A DNA stretch of 34,053 nucleotides from Pseudomonadota bacterium (GTDB lineage: Bacteria > Desulfobacterota > Desulfobacteria > Desulfobacterales > RPRI01): positions 1 through 34,053 of the forward strand of contig JBDRRF010000014.1 in assembly GCA_043825875.1 (NCBI GenBank). The letters run 5' to 3'. A program made the position numbers and the translations under genes. Position 1 is the first letter of the stretch. The number at the start of each line of letters is the position of its first letter. Of this stretch, positions 17,530-27,197 are shown one piece after another. The notes below the pieces were generated by a model. It had not been told where the DNA came from. It did no database searches and saw only the letters and a list, made by a program, of their open reading frames with translations.

Positions 17530-18032
17530 GGTTTTCCTCATTTTTTTTAAAGCAATCTTGTTAACAACAATCAATCTTGATGCCTTCACAAAAAGGTCTG
17601 GTTTTTATCGAAGGTTGTATATAACAAATAAAGCAGCAAAAAGCGGGCCAAATTAGAATAGCGACTAATTTGCTTAATTTAATAGTATTTATTAATTTCA
17701 ATATTCGCAATCACTGTTTTGATTATAAATTATTGAAAATATATGTCATTAATTTGACATAAAACAGGGAGGTAGTTGATATGCCATATTATTTTAAATA
17801 ATAGAAGATCAGGCAAATTCAACCTAACCCTAATACGGTGCTAAATTATCATAAGCCTTTTATCGAACTTCCTGCAAACGTGTAATTATTGCTGATATAA
17901 TAATCCGTATAATGCTGACATGCAAGAACAATCCAATTTAATTATCTTTACGAATGGGTTTTGATTTTTAATCGGCATTATGGTACCAGAGAATCTATAA
18001 CATTTATCATATGAGATTGGAGGAAAATATAG

Positions 18033-19220
18033 ATGAGCAAAGTCCTTATAATTGGTGCAGGTGGAGTGGGAGGTGTTGTAACCCATAAATGCGCCCAGGT
18101 TCCGGATGTTTTTTCAAAAATAGTTCTTGCAAGCAGGACAATTGAAAAATGTGAAAAAATTAAAAACCAGATTTCAGTGCCTGTGGAAACAGCAAAGGTT
18201 GATGCTGACAATACGCCGGAGTTGATTGAACTCATCAAAAAAGTATCTCCCGACCTTGTTATTAATACGGCTCTTCCTTATCAGGATTTGACTATAATGG
18301 ATGCATGTCTTGAAACAGGTGTTGATTACCTTGATACTGCAAATTATGAACCGCCTGATGAAGCGAAATTTTGCTATAAATGGCAGTGGGATTACCATGA
18401 AAGATTTAAGGAAAAAGGAATAATGGCTCTGCTTGGTTGCGGATTTGATCCGGGAGTAACAAATATATTTTGCGCTCATGCAGCAAAAAATCATTTTGAT
18501 GAAATCCATTATATCGACATAATGGACTGTAATGCCGGGGATCACGGGCATCCATTCGCCACCAATTTTAATCCTGAAATAAACATAAGAGAAGTATCGG
18601 CAAGAGGCAAATACTATGAAAACGGTAAGTGGGTTGAAACAGATCCTCTTTCTCTGCACAAATCATTTGATTTTCCCGAAATTGGTTCTAAAGAGATGTA
18701 TCTTATGTACCATGAAGAACTTGAGTCTCTTATCAAAAACATACCTGCCATAAAACGTATCAGATTCTGGATGACTTTTTCGCAGGAATATCTAACACAT
18801 CTCAGAGTACTTGAAAACGTAGGAATGACAAGAATAGATCCGGTAGAATTTGAGGGGCGTCAGATTGTACCATTAAAATTTTTAAAAGCTCTTCTTCCCG
18901 AGCCCACATCTCTTGCCGAAAACTATAAAGGTAAAACCTGCATAGGTTGCATGATTGAAGGAATAAAAGACGGCAAAAAAAGAAAGTATTATATTTATAA
19001 TATTTGTGATCATGCAAAATGCTACAAAGAAATAAAAGCACAGGCAATATCTTATACAACCGGTGTTCCAACCATGATAGGGGCAATGATGATGTTAACC
19101 GGCAAATGGAAAGGAAAAGGAGTATTTAATGTGGAGGAATTTGATCCTTCTCCTTTTATGGAAAAACTTGGAGTATATGGCCTGCCATGGATTGAAAGAT
19201 TTATAGATGAATCAAAGTAA
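18033..19220 (+). CDS. Carboxy(nor)spermidine dehydrogenase (saccharopine dehydrogenase family)
   Basis: GAGGVG Rossmann motif, YLDTANYEP, GCGFDPG, FATNFNPEINIRE, YHEELESL; adjacent to nspC. Confidence 0.93.
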   Translation: MSKVLIIGAGGVGGVVTHKCAQVPDVFSKIVLASRTIEKCEKIKNQISVPVETAKVDADNTPELIELIKKVSPDLVINTALPYQDLTIMDACLETGVDYLDTANYEPPDEAKFCYKWQWDYHERFKEKGIMALLGCGFDPGVTNIFCAHAAKNHFDEIHYIDIMDCNAGDHGHPFATNFNPEINIREVSARGKYYENGKWVETDPLSLHKSFDFPEIGSKEMYLMYHEELESLIKNIPAIKRIRFWMTFSQEYLTHLRVLENVGMTRIDPVEFEGRQIVPLKFLKALLPEPTSLAENYKGKTCIGCMIEGIKDGKKRKYYIYNICDHAKCYKEIKAQAISYTTGVPTMIGAMMMLTGKWKGKGVFNVEEFDPSPFMEKLGVYGLPWIERFIDESK

Positions 19221-20346
19221 AACTAAACATATATCAACACCTTGTTATATCCTGGAAGAAGAAGCCCTTTTGCGAAATCTGGAAATTCTTGATTCCGTTC
19301 AAAAACAAACAGGTTCAAGGATTATAATGGCACTTAAAGGATTTGCCATGTTTGCCGTTTTTCCGCTGATAAGAAAATATCTTTATGGAGTATCTGCAAG
19401 CTCTGTAGATGAAGCAAGATTGGGATATGAAGAATTCGGCAAAGAAGTTCATGTTTGTTCTCCTGCATATAGTGATGATGAATTTAATGAAATATTAAAC
19501 TACGCCGACTATATTGTTTTCAACTCATTTTCACAGTGGAAACGCTTTAAAAAAGCTGTTGCCACAAGCAAAAAAAAGATTATGTGTGGCATAAGAATTA
19601 ACCCGGAACATTCCGAGGTCAAAGTATCTATTTACGATCCCTGCGGACAATTTTCAAGGTTGGGTACTACAAGAAATAATTTTGATGAAAATGAGCTGGA
19701 CGGCATTACAGGCCTTCATTTTCACAATTTGTGTGAGCTGAATTCGGATTCTCTTTTAAGAACATTGAAAGTGGTAGAAGAAAAGTTCGGGGTATTTTTC
19801 AACAGGTTAAAATGGATAAACTTTGGGGGCGGGCATCATATAACAAGAAAAGATTATGATATAAATTTGTTATGCAACCTGATAAATGATTTTAAGAAAC
19901 GTTATCCGTTAGAAGTCTATCTTGAGCCCGGAGAAGCGATTGCGCTTAATGCAGGTGTACTTGAAGCATCGGTTATTGATATTATTCATAATGAAATGGA
20001 AATTGCAATACTCGATACTTCGGCTGCGACGCATATGCCTGATGTTCTGGAAATGCCATACAGACCGAATATAAGAGGAGCGGGCCTTTCCGGAGAATAT
20101 AAGTATTCGTACAGACTTGGTGGCTCAACCTGCCTTGCTGGAGATATTATAGGAGATTATTCTTTTCCCAAACCGCTTGAAGTAGGTTCACGAGTGGTAT
20201 TTGAAGATATGGCTCATTATACAATGGTTAAAAACAACACATTTAATGGCATTCGCCTGCCATCTATTGCTATAAGGAAAAAAACAGGAGATATTAAGTT
20301 AATAAAAAAATTCGGATATGAAGATTATAAAAACAGACTTTCCTAA
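19207..20346 (+). CDS. nspC: Carboxy(nor)spermidine decarboxylase
   Basis: MALKGF (PLP Lys), YDPC...SRLG, GLHFHNLCE, NFGGGHHIT, EPGEA, HMPDVLEMPYRP, TCLAGD, YTMVKNNTFNG. Confidence 0.95.
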   Translation: MNQSKTKHISTPCYILEEEALLRNLEILDSVQKQTGSRIIMALKGFAMFAVFPLIRKYLYGVSASSVDEARLGYEEFGKEVHVCSPAYSDDEFNEILNYADYIVFNSFSQWKRFKKAVATSKKKIMCGIRINPEHSEVKVSIYDPCGQFSRLGTTRNNFDENELDGITGLHFHNLCELNSDSLLRTLKVVEEKFGVFFNRLKWINFGGGHHITRKDYDINLLCNLINDFKKRYPLEVYLEPGEAIALNAGVLEASVIDIIHNEMEIAILDTSAATHMPDVLEMPYRPNIRGAGLSGEYKYSYRLGGSTCLAGDIIGDYSFPKPLEVGSRVVFEDMAHYTMVKNNTFNGIRLPSIAIRKKTGDIKLIKKFGYEDYKNRLS

Positions 20347-20353
20347 AAAAACT

Positions 20354-20791
20354 TCATGCCGTATCAATTCCAAGAGCTTTTGCATCAATTAACTTTATTC
20401 CGTTTTCCTGTAAAACTTCAATTGCTTTATCATTATCACTGAAACGAAAAATCATGATGGTTTTTCCTGAACAAAAGCCAATATATGTATACATATAAAC
20501 TACTCGTACTTTTGCATTTTGCAAAGGCTTAAGTAATGCTGTAAGCTGACCCGTCTTGTCTTCAATTTCTGCGGCAACCACATTTTCGACTATTGCAGGC
20601 AGTTGTTTTTCCATAAGTATGCGTCTTGCTTTAGCAAGATCGGAAACGATAAGCCGTAGAATTCCACATTCTCCGGTATCAACAAGGTTAAGGGCCCTTA
20701 AGTTTATTCCGGCCTTTCCCAGTATTTGAATTACTTCAAACAATCGGCCATGTGAATTTTCAATGTTTACTGCAATCTGTTTTAATTTCAA
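20354..20791 (-). CDS. Tandem ACT-domain protein
   Basis: QIAVNIENSHGRL...GINLRAL...GILRLIV; second ACT unit EIEDKTGQL...VYMY; TTG start after CAGGAGG. Confidence 0.88.
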   Translation of the reverse strand: MKLKQIAVNIENSHGRLFEVIQILGKAGINLRALNLVDTGECGILRLIVSDLAKARRILMEKQLPAIVENVVAAEIEDKTGQLTALLKPLQNAKVRVVYMYTYIGFCSGKTIMIFRFSDNDKAIEVLQENGIKLIDAKALGIDTA

Positions 20792-21080
20792 TTAAACCTC
20801 CTGTTGTGCGGCGCAAAAAAGGTTTATTAATTGCCATTTAAGCTGCAAGCATAAACAGTATATACAAAAAACTCTATATTTCTTTTTATACGATAATGTT
20901 TTTGTTTAAAAGACTAATTTTTTTTGCATTGAAAGCATGAATGTAATATTGTTTAGAGTGTAACTTATATTTTAGTAAATTCATTTATTTACCAAAATAT
21001 AATATAGTATAATCAGAATTGCTTTTCAAACTATTTATTATATCATATGATTATTTTAACATTCTATTAGAGGAAAGTTA

Positions 21081-22253
21081 ATGAAACCATGTATAGAAAT
21101 CAGGGATAAAAACTTCAACTTATTTGATGTCACACGTTTGATATTGAGCATTCTGATTATTTTTTTAGTAGTTTTTATAAGTTCTTGTTCAAAAGAAAAA
21201 GCGGCAATTGATAAAAAACCGGTTGTAAAGCCTGTTAAAATATTGACTTTGACAGAAATTTGCGAAATCTCCACACGTAAGTTTCCCGGCAAGGTGCGGG
21301 CTTCACAGCGAGTGGATCTGGCCTTCCAGGTACCGGGCCTGCTAATTAAACTTTCCGTAAATGAAGGGCAATATGTAGGAAAAGGTGAACTTTTGGCACA
21401 GATAAATCCAAAAGACTTTCAGATAAATCTCAAGCAGGCACAAGGGCAATTGGCGATGGCCAGAGCATCTGTCGAACGCGCACAAAGCGATTACGAAAGA
21501 ATATTAAGAATCAAAAAAGAAGATTCCGGTGCGACAAGTCAGGCAATGGTTGACCAGAGGCGTGCGGCATTAGACATAGCAAAGGCTGAAATTACATCTC
21601 TTAAGGCTGCGTTTGAAGGAGCAAAGGACAAATTGAGTTATACCTATATGAGTGCCCCTTTTGCCGGTGTTATTGCCAAGCGCTATGTAAACAATTTTGG
21701 TGAAGTTCAGGCCAAGCAGCCCATTGTAAGTCTTCAGGACATATCCTATGTTGAAATACTTATAGATGTGCCCGAAAATGTGGTAGCAAATATTAAAGAG
21801 AAAAACTATAGTACCTTTGCGGAATTTACGGCCGATCCAGGAAAATTTTATAAACTGGACTATAAGGAAATCGGCACGGAAGCTGATCCCATGACCTTGA
21901 CCTACCAGGTCGTTCTGACGATGAAATCCCCGAAAGGTATCAATATTTTCCCCGGTATGACGGCAAATGTTCTTGCCAAGGCTGAATTGGGAGAATGTGA
22001 CAGCCAGACATATGTGATTCCGGCTATTTGTGTTTTTGCCGATGAAGCCGGGAATTCAAATGTATGGGTGGTTGATCCCGGTAAAATGACTGTTCACAAG
22101 CGCAAAGTTGCTACGGGTAATCTCACGGGAGAAGACAGTATCCAGATTCTTAAAGGTCTTTCATACGGCGAAAAGATCGCTACCTCAGGTGTTAGCATGT
22201 TAAGAGAAGGAATGAAGGTTCGGGACCTCGATGAAATGGAGGCCTATAAATAA
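21081..22253 (+). CDS. RND efflux periplasmic adaptor (membrane fusion protein)
   Basis: N-terminal anchor, DLAFQVPG...VNEGQ.V.KG, coiled coil, APFAGVI, IFPGMTA. Confidence 0.93.
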   Translation: MKPCIEIRDKNFNLFDVTRLILSILIIFLVVFISSCSKEKAAIDKKPVVKPVKILTLTEICEISTRKFPGKVRASQRVDLAFQVPGLLIKLSVNEGQYVGKGELLAQINPKDFQINLKQAQGQLAMARASVERAQSDYERILRIKKEDSGATSQAMVDQRRAALDIAKAEITSLKAAFEGAKDKLSYTYMSAPFAGVIAKRYVNNFGEVQAKQPIVSLQDISYVEILIDVPENVVANIKEKNYSTFAEFTADPGKFYKLDYKEIGTEADPMTLTYQVVLTMKSPKGINIFPGMTANVLAKAELGECDSQTYVIPAICVFADEAGNSNVWVVDPGKMTVHKRKVATGNLTGEDSIQILKGLSYGEKIATSGVSMLREGMKVRDLDEMEAYK

Positions 22254-25200
22254 TGAATATTGCCGAACTCAGTATAAGAAAAAACGTGGTTACATGGGTG
22301 ATAACCATACTTGTTTTTGTCCTCGGAGGGTTCGCCTACAACAATTTATCACGCCTTGAAGATCCTGAGTTTACAATTAAAGAAGCAGTTATTGTTACAT
22401 TATATCCTGGAGCGTCTGCTGCGGAAGTGGAAGAAGAAGTCACAAACGTTCTTGAAAAGGCCATCCAGGAACTGGGGCAGGTAAACTGGATTGAGTCACG
22501 GTCTTCCAGGGGCTATTCACAGATAAAGGTCAGCATCCAGGAGAAATATAGCGAGGACGAGTTACCACAGATCTGGGACGAAGTTCGCCGAAAGGTTAAT
22601 GATTACCAGCCCAGGCTTCCTCCGAGTGCCGGACCATCTATTGTAAACGATGATTTTGGAGATGTATTCGGCGTTTACGTAGCTATTACCGGCGAAGGCT
22701 ATACTTATAACGAGATTTATAAGTACGCGAAATTACTTCAGCGCGAACTGCTCCAGGCCCAGGATGTTAAAAAGATCGTACTTTACGGGGTGCAGCCGGA
22801 AGTGATCTACGTGGAAATGAGGCGTGAACAAATGGCCGAGCTGGGCATTTCCCAGGAACAAATTTATGGTGCCCTGGCTTCCAAGAACCTGCCTGTGGAA
22901 TCGGGTTATTTAACACTGGGCAAAGAATATATTCCGGTGAATCCAACGGGAATGTTTAAGTCGGAAAAGGATTTTGGTGATCTTCTTATTAGAGGAATAG
23001 GCCCTAATGCCCGGAGCATGGTTTATTTGCGTGATGTTGCTGTTATCAAACGCGGATACAAGGAACCATCGGACCCCATTTTACGGTATGACAGCAAACC
23101 GGCTATCGGGATGGCCATTTCGACCGTATCCGGTGGTAATGTAATCACAATGGGCGAGGCGTTAAAAAAACGTTTTTTCGAACTCGAGGCTCTGGCGCCT
23201 TTGGGAATGAAAGCTTATCCAATTTATCTCCAGACCGATGCCGTAAGCACGGCCATCAACGGTTTTCTGATAAATCTTTTAGAAGCAGTGGGTGTTGTGA
23301 TAATTGTTCTGTTGATATTTATGGGACTGCGCAGTGGCCTTATCATCGGGGCTATCCTGCTTGTCACAATTATGAGTACGTTTTTGTTCATGGATGTATT
23401 TGAAATCACACTTCAAAGGGTTTCACTCGGCGCACTTGTGATTGCCCTGGGAATGCTGGTTGATAATGCAATAGTAGTGACAGACGGTATGCGGGTAAGA
23501 TTGGCCAGGGGTGAGGATGCGCGCACGTCTGCCAAAGAAGTGGCAGGGCAGATGGCTGTGCCGCTATTTTACGCAACACTGATTGCAATTGCCGCATTTG
23601 CTGCTATAGGGATGTCACAGGACAGTACCGGAGAATACTGCCGGACATTGTTTTACGTTATTTTGATATCACTGTCGATAAGCTGGCTGACTGCCGTAAC
23701 CAGCACGCCGCTATTTTGTCTAAACTTCTTAAAAACAAAAAACGGAAAAAATAACAACGGTGAATCCGGCGATCCTTATGCGGGTAAATTCTATCAGTTT
23801 TATAGAAAATTTTTGTCAGTCAGTATACGTTTCAGGTGGATTACGGTTTGTATTGTAATCGGTTTATTCTTTCTTTCCCTTTTTGGGTTTAAATATGTCA
23901 AAAACAGTTTTTTCCCTGATTCGACCAGCCAGCAATATTATATCGATTTCTGGTTTCCCGAAGGAACCCATATCAATGAAACGGCAAAAGAAATTAAGCG
24001 GGCCGAAAATTATCTCATGGAATGCGAAGGGGTTGATCATGTGATTACTTTTATCGGCGGGGGGCAGATCCGGTTTTTACTGACCTATGCTCCTGAGTCG
24101 CGCTATAACTGCTACGCGCAGATTCTTGTAAAAGTGGATGACTATAAAAAGATTCCTGCAATGATAAAAAAGACGCAAGCGGATCTTGAAAATCTGTTTC
24201 CCCAGGCTGTTGTCAATACGAAGGCTTTTGTACTTGGGCCGTCAACCGGTGGAAAAATTCAGCTTAAGATCAGCGGGTCTGATCCTGAAGAATTGAGAAA
24301 ACTGGGCAAAAAAGCCGAGGAAATTATTTTATCCGATCCTGCTGCAAAAGGTCTGCGAAATGAATGGGGCAATAAGGTAAAGGTGTTAAGGCCGCAAATG
24401 GCTGAGACACAGGCCAGGCGCGCAGGTCTTGGAAGACCGGATATAGCAAGGGCCATTGCGGCTTCGGTAGAAGGAATCCGGGCAGGAGTTTACAGAAAAA
24501 GAGATGAGCTGATTCCGATTATTGCCAGGTCACCGGAATCGGAACGTGTGGATATGGACAACCTGAGCACAATTAATGTCTGGAGTCCGGTGGCCGGCAA
24601 AATGATTCCCCTTGGCCAGTTGATAACCGGTTTTAAGACCGATTTTGAGGATGCCAATATCTGGAGGCGTGACCGGAAAAAGATGTTAAGAATTCATACT
24701 GATCCAAGGTCAGGCCTTGCCAGTGAGCTTCTGGCGCGGATAAAGCCCAGGATTGAAAAGGCGCTGGGTGTGGATGTTGAACAAAAGCTTGGAAAACCTG
24801 TTAAACCGGATGAATGGGATGCTTCAACTATTCCGGTTAAGGATCAGGATTTGGTACCCCTTAAAGACATGCCGGGTTATTATATATCATGGGGTGGTGA
24901 AGCTGAAGACTCGAGTAGGGCGCAGTCCAGACTTAGCTCTAACATACCCATATTTTTCGGACTTATGATTCTTTTGGTAATTATTCTCTTTAATTCCATA
25001 AAAAAGACCCTGATCATATGGCTGACAGTGCCGCTTGCAATTATTGGTGTTACGGCCGGTTTGCTTTTGTTTAATCAGCCATTCGGATTTATGGCCCTTT
25101 TGGGATTGATGAGCCTTTCCGGGATGATGATCAAAAATGCAATTGTTTTAATCGATCAGATTAATCTGGAGATGACAAGCGGAAAGACTTCCTTTGAGGC

Positions 25201-25405
25201 AATTGTGGATTCTGGAGTTAGTCGTCTTATACCGGTTTCAATGGCGGCTCTGACGACTATGCTAGGTATGGCGCCGCTGCTCCAGGATGCTTTTTTTATT
25301 TCAATGGCTGTGACCATTATGTTCGGACTTGGCTTTGCTACTTTGCTGACGCTGATTGTGATTCCGGTATTGTATGCAATATTTTTCAGGGTAAAAAATC
25401 CATAA
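22253..25405 (+). CDS. RND efflux permease (AcrB/AcrD/AcrF family)
   Basis: 1050 aa; EDPEFTIK, VNDDFGDV, LGMLVDNAIVV, IKNAIVLID, SRLIPVSM. Confidence 0.95.
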   Translation: MNIAELSIRKNVVTWVITILVFVLGGFAYNNLSRLEDPEFTIKEAVIVTLYPGASAAEVEEEVTNVLEKAIQELGQVNWIESRSSRGYSQIKVSIQEKYSEDELPQIWDEVRRKVNDYQPRLPPSAGPSIVNDDFGDVFGVYVAITGEGYTYNEIYKYAKLLQRELLQAQDVKKIVLYGVQPEVIYVEMRREQMAELGISQEQIYGALASKNLPVESGYLTLGKEYIPVNPTGMFKSEKDFGDLLIRGIGPNARSMVYLRDVAVIKRGYKEPSDPILRYDSKPAIGMAISTVSGGNVITMGEALKKRFFELEALAPLGMKAYPIYLQTDAVSTAINGFLINLLEAVGVVIIVLLIFMGLRSGLIIGAILLVTIMSTFLFMDVFEITLQRVSLGALVIALGMLVDNAIVVTDGMRVRLARGEDARTSAKEVAGQMAVPLFYATLIAIAAFAAIGMSQDSTGEYCRTLFYVILISLSISWLTAVTSTPLFCLNFLKTKNGKNNNGESGDPYAGKFYQFYRKFLSVSIRFRWITVCIVIGLFFLSLFGFKYVKNSFFPDSTSQQYYIDFWFPEGTHINETAKEIKRAENYLMECEGVDHVITFIGGGQIRFLLTYAPESRYNCYAQILVKVDDYKKIPAMIKKTQADLENLFPQAVVNTKAFVLGPSTGGKIQLKISGSDPEELRKLGKKAEEIILSDPAAKGLRNEWGNKVKVLRPQMAETQARRAGLGRPDIARAIAASVEGIRAGVYRKRDELIPIIARSPESERVDMDNLSTINVWSPVAGKMIPLGQLITGFKTDFEDANIWRRDRKKMLRIHTDPRSGLASELLARIKPRIEKALGVDVEQKLGKPVKPDEWDASTIPVKDQDLVPLKDMPGYYISWGGEAEDSSRAQSRLSSNIPIFFGLMILLVIILFNSIKKTLIIWLTVPLAIIGVTAGLLLFNQPFGFMALLGLMSLSGMMIKNAIVLIDQINLEMTSGKTSFEAIVDSGVSRLIPVSMAALTTMLGMAPLLQDAFFISMAVTIMFGLGFATLLTLIVIPVLYAIFFRVKNP

Positions 25406-25491
25406 TTCCGATCCTGAGCAAGGGAGTTTAAATGCTATTGCTATTGCAATATTTTAATTTATCAGATGCCAAGAAAGGAAAGCTTTTATAT

Positions 25492-27015
25492 ATGAAGCGG
25501 TTTTTGATTGTTCTTGTAAGTTGTGTATTAATGTTTTGCGGCTGTGCCGTAGGTCCTGACTATATCAAACCTTCGGCGCCGGAACAGGAAAAATGGCTTG
25601 AGCACGAAGATGACAGGGTAAAAACAGAAACCGTAAGCTACAGCCATTGGTGGCGGGCTTTCAATGATCCCGTGATGGATGTTTTGATTGAATCCGCGTA
25701 TAGGCAGAATCTTTCATTGCGTATTGCAGGAATTCGAATCCTGGAGGCCAGAGCGCAACTGGGAATTGCTTTCGGAAATCTATTCCCGCAGTCACAACAA
25801 TTACGTGGCGGGTATTCTTATAACAGTGCAAGTGAAAACTCGGCCAACACAATTTCCGGAGACTTGTCTTACGCCGATGTGGCTGTAGGATTCGATGCCG
25901 CCTGGGAGCTGGATTTCTGGGGCAAGTTCCGGCGTTTGGTGGAATCCGGCTCTGCTAATCTGGATGTCTCTGTCGCAAGCTATGATGATATTCTTGTTAC
26001 ACTTACAGCCGAAGTTGCCCGAACCTATGTCAGTATTCGAACATTTGAAAAAAGGCTGGCAATTGCGCGGGAAAATGTGAATATCCAACAACGTTCTCTT
26101 AGAATCGCCAATGTACGCTTTAAAGCCGGGGAAGTGACTGAACTTGATGTTGCACAGGCCACAACCCTTCTTAAAAATACTCAGGCATTGATTCCAAGGC
26201 TGGAAGCTGCCTTGCGTCAAACCAGGAATGCACTCTGTATTCTTTTGGGCAAAACGCCGGATGATCTTGATGATATAATTACCGGAGAATCCGTTATCCC
26301 TAAAGCTTTTGCAGAAGTTGCGGTGGGCATACCTGCCGATCTTTTGCGCAGACGCCCGGATATACGGCTGGCGGAATCTTATGTAGCGGCCCAGAGTCCT
26401 TTGGTAGGTGTTGCCAAAGCGGATTTATTCCCTCATTTTAAGCTGTTTGGTTCAATAGGTCTTCGTTCAAGCAATGGCGAATATACCAGAGACGGAGGCT
26501 TGAACGGCAGTAGATTAAAAGATGTTTTTGAGACGGACAGCCTGGAATTTTTCGGCGGGCCTTCTTTTGGCTGGGATTTGTTTAACTACGGCCGTATAAA
26601 AAACAGGGTTCGCGTTCAGGATGCCAGGCTCCAGCAAACGATAGTTAACTACCAGAATACGGTTTTACGGGCTGCACAGGAGGTTGAAAATGCTTTGGCC
26701 GGTTTTCTTAAAGCACAGGAAGAAGAATTGTTTTTATCGGAAGCGGAAAAAGCAGCCAAACGTTCGGTTCAAATATCAGTATTACAGTACAGGGAAGGTT
26801 TGATAGATTATCAGAGGGTTATCGATACTCAAAGGGCTCAGGCAGCACAGGAAGATATTCTTGCCGAAACAAAAGGGTCTGTTGCGCTTAATCTGATTGC
26901 CATTTACAAATCGCTTGGAGGAGGCTGGGAGATACGGGAAGGAAAGGATTTTGTGCCGGAAGAAACCAAAGAAGAAATGCGAAAAAGAACGAACTGGGGG
27001 AATCTTTTAAATTAG
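25492..27015 (+). CDS. RND outer-membrane lipoprotein (NodT/OprM/TolC family)
   Basis: Lipobox FCGC-AVGPDY, WELDFWGK, PADLLRRRPDIR, IYKSLGGGW; start ATG 25492. Confidence 0.94.
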   Translation: MKRFLIVLVSCVLMFCGCAVGPDYIKPSAPEQEKWLEHEDDRVKTETVSYSHWWRAFNDPVMDVLIESAYRQNLSLRIAGIRILEARAQLGIAFGNLFPQSQQLRGGYSYNSASENSANTISGDLSYADVAVGFDAAWELDFWGKFRRLVESGSANLDVSVASYDDILVTLTAEVARTYVSIRTFEKRLAIARENVNIQQRSLRIANVRFKAGEVTELDVAQATTLLKNTQALIPRLEAALRQTRNALCILLGKTPDDLDDIITGESVIPKAFAEVAVGIPADLLRRRPDIRLAESYVAAQSPLVGVAKADLFPHFKLFGSIGLRSSNGEYTRDGGLNGSRLKDVFETDSLEFFGGPSFGWDLFNYGRIKNRVRVQDARLQQTIVNYQNTVLRAAQEVENALAGFLKAQEEELFLSEAEKAAKRSVQISVLQYREGLIDYQRVIDTQRAQAAQEDILAETKGSVALNLIAIYKSLGGGWEIREGKDFVPEETKEEMRKRTNWGNLLN

Positions 27016-27060
27016 TGTTTAGTATGGTGTATGTAGCAGGGATACCATTAATAAATATTC

Positions 27061-27090
27061 TTGACATATTCGTTTGTCGGAAGTTATTAA
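27061..27090 (+). promoter_or_regulatory. Possible sigma70 promoter for pfp
   Basis: TTGACA followed 17-18 bp later by (T)TATTAA. Confidence 0.4.
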
Positions 27091-27197
27091 AAACAATTAT
27101 ACCTATATATTCGTTTATAGCCATAATTCGATAAGTAGATAAATAGTTTATTATTGCTAAAAAGAATTTTCATTAATAATTTTTTGCGGAGAGACCA

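Noticed and set aside
17800..17900. GGCAAA-containing intergenic stretch as a c-di-GMP-I riboswitch
   Set aside because: No GNRA-capped P2 stem or GACGCAAAGC-like core could be found by eye; an Rfam cmscan would settle it.
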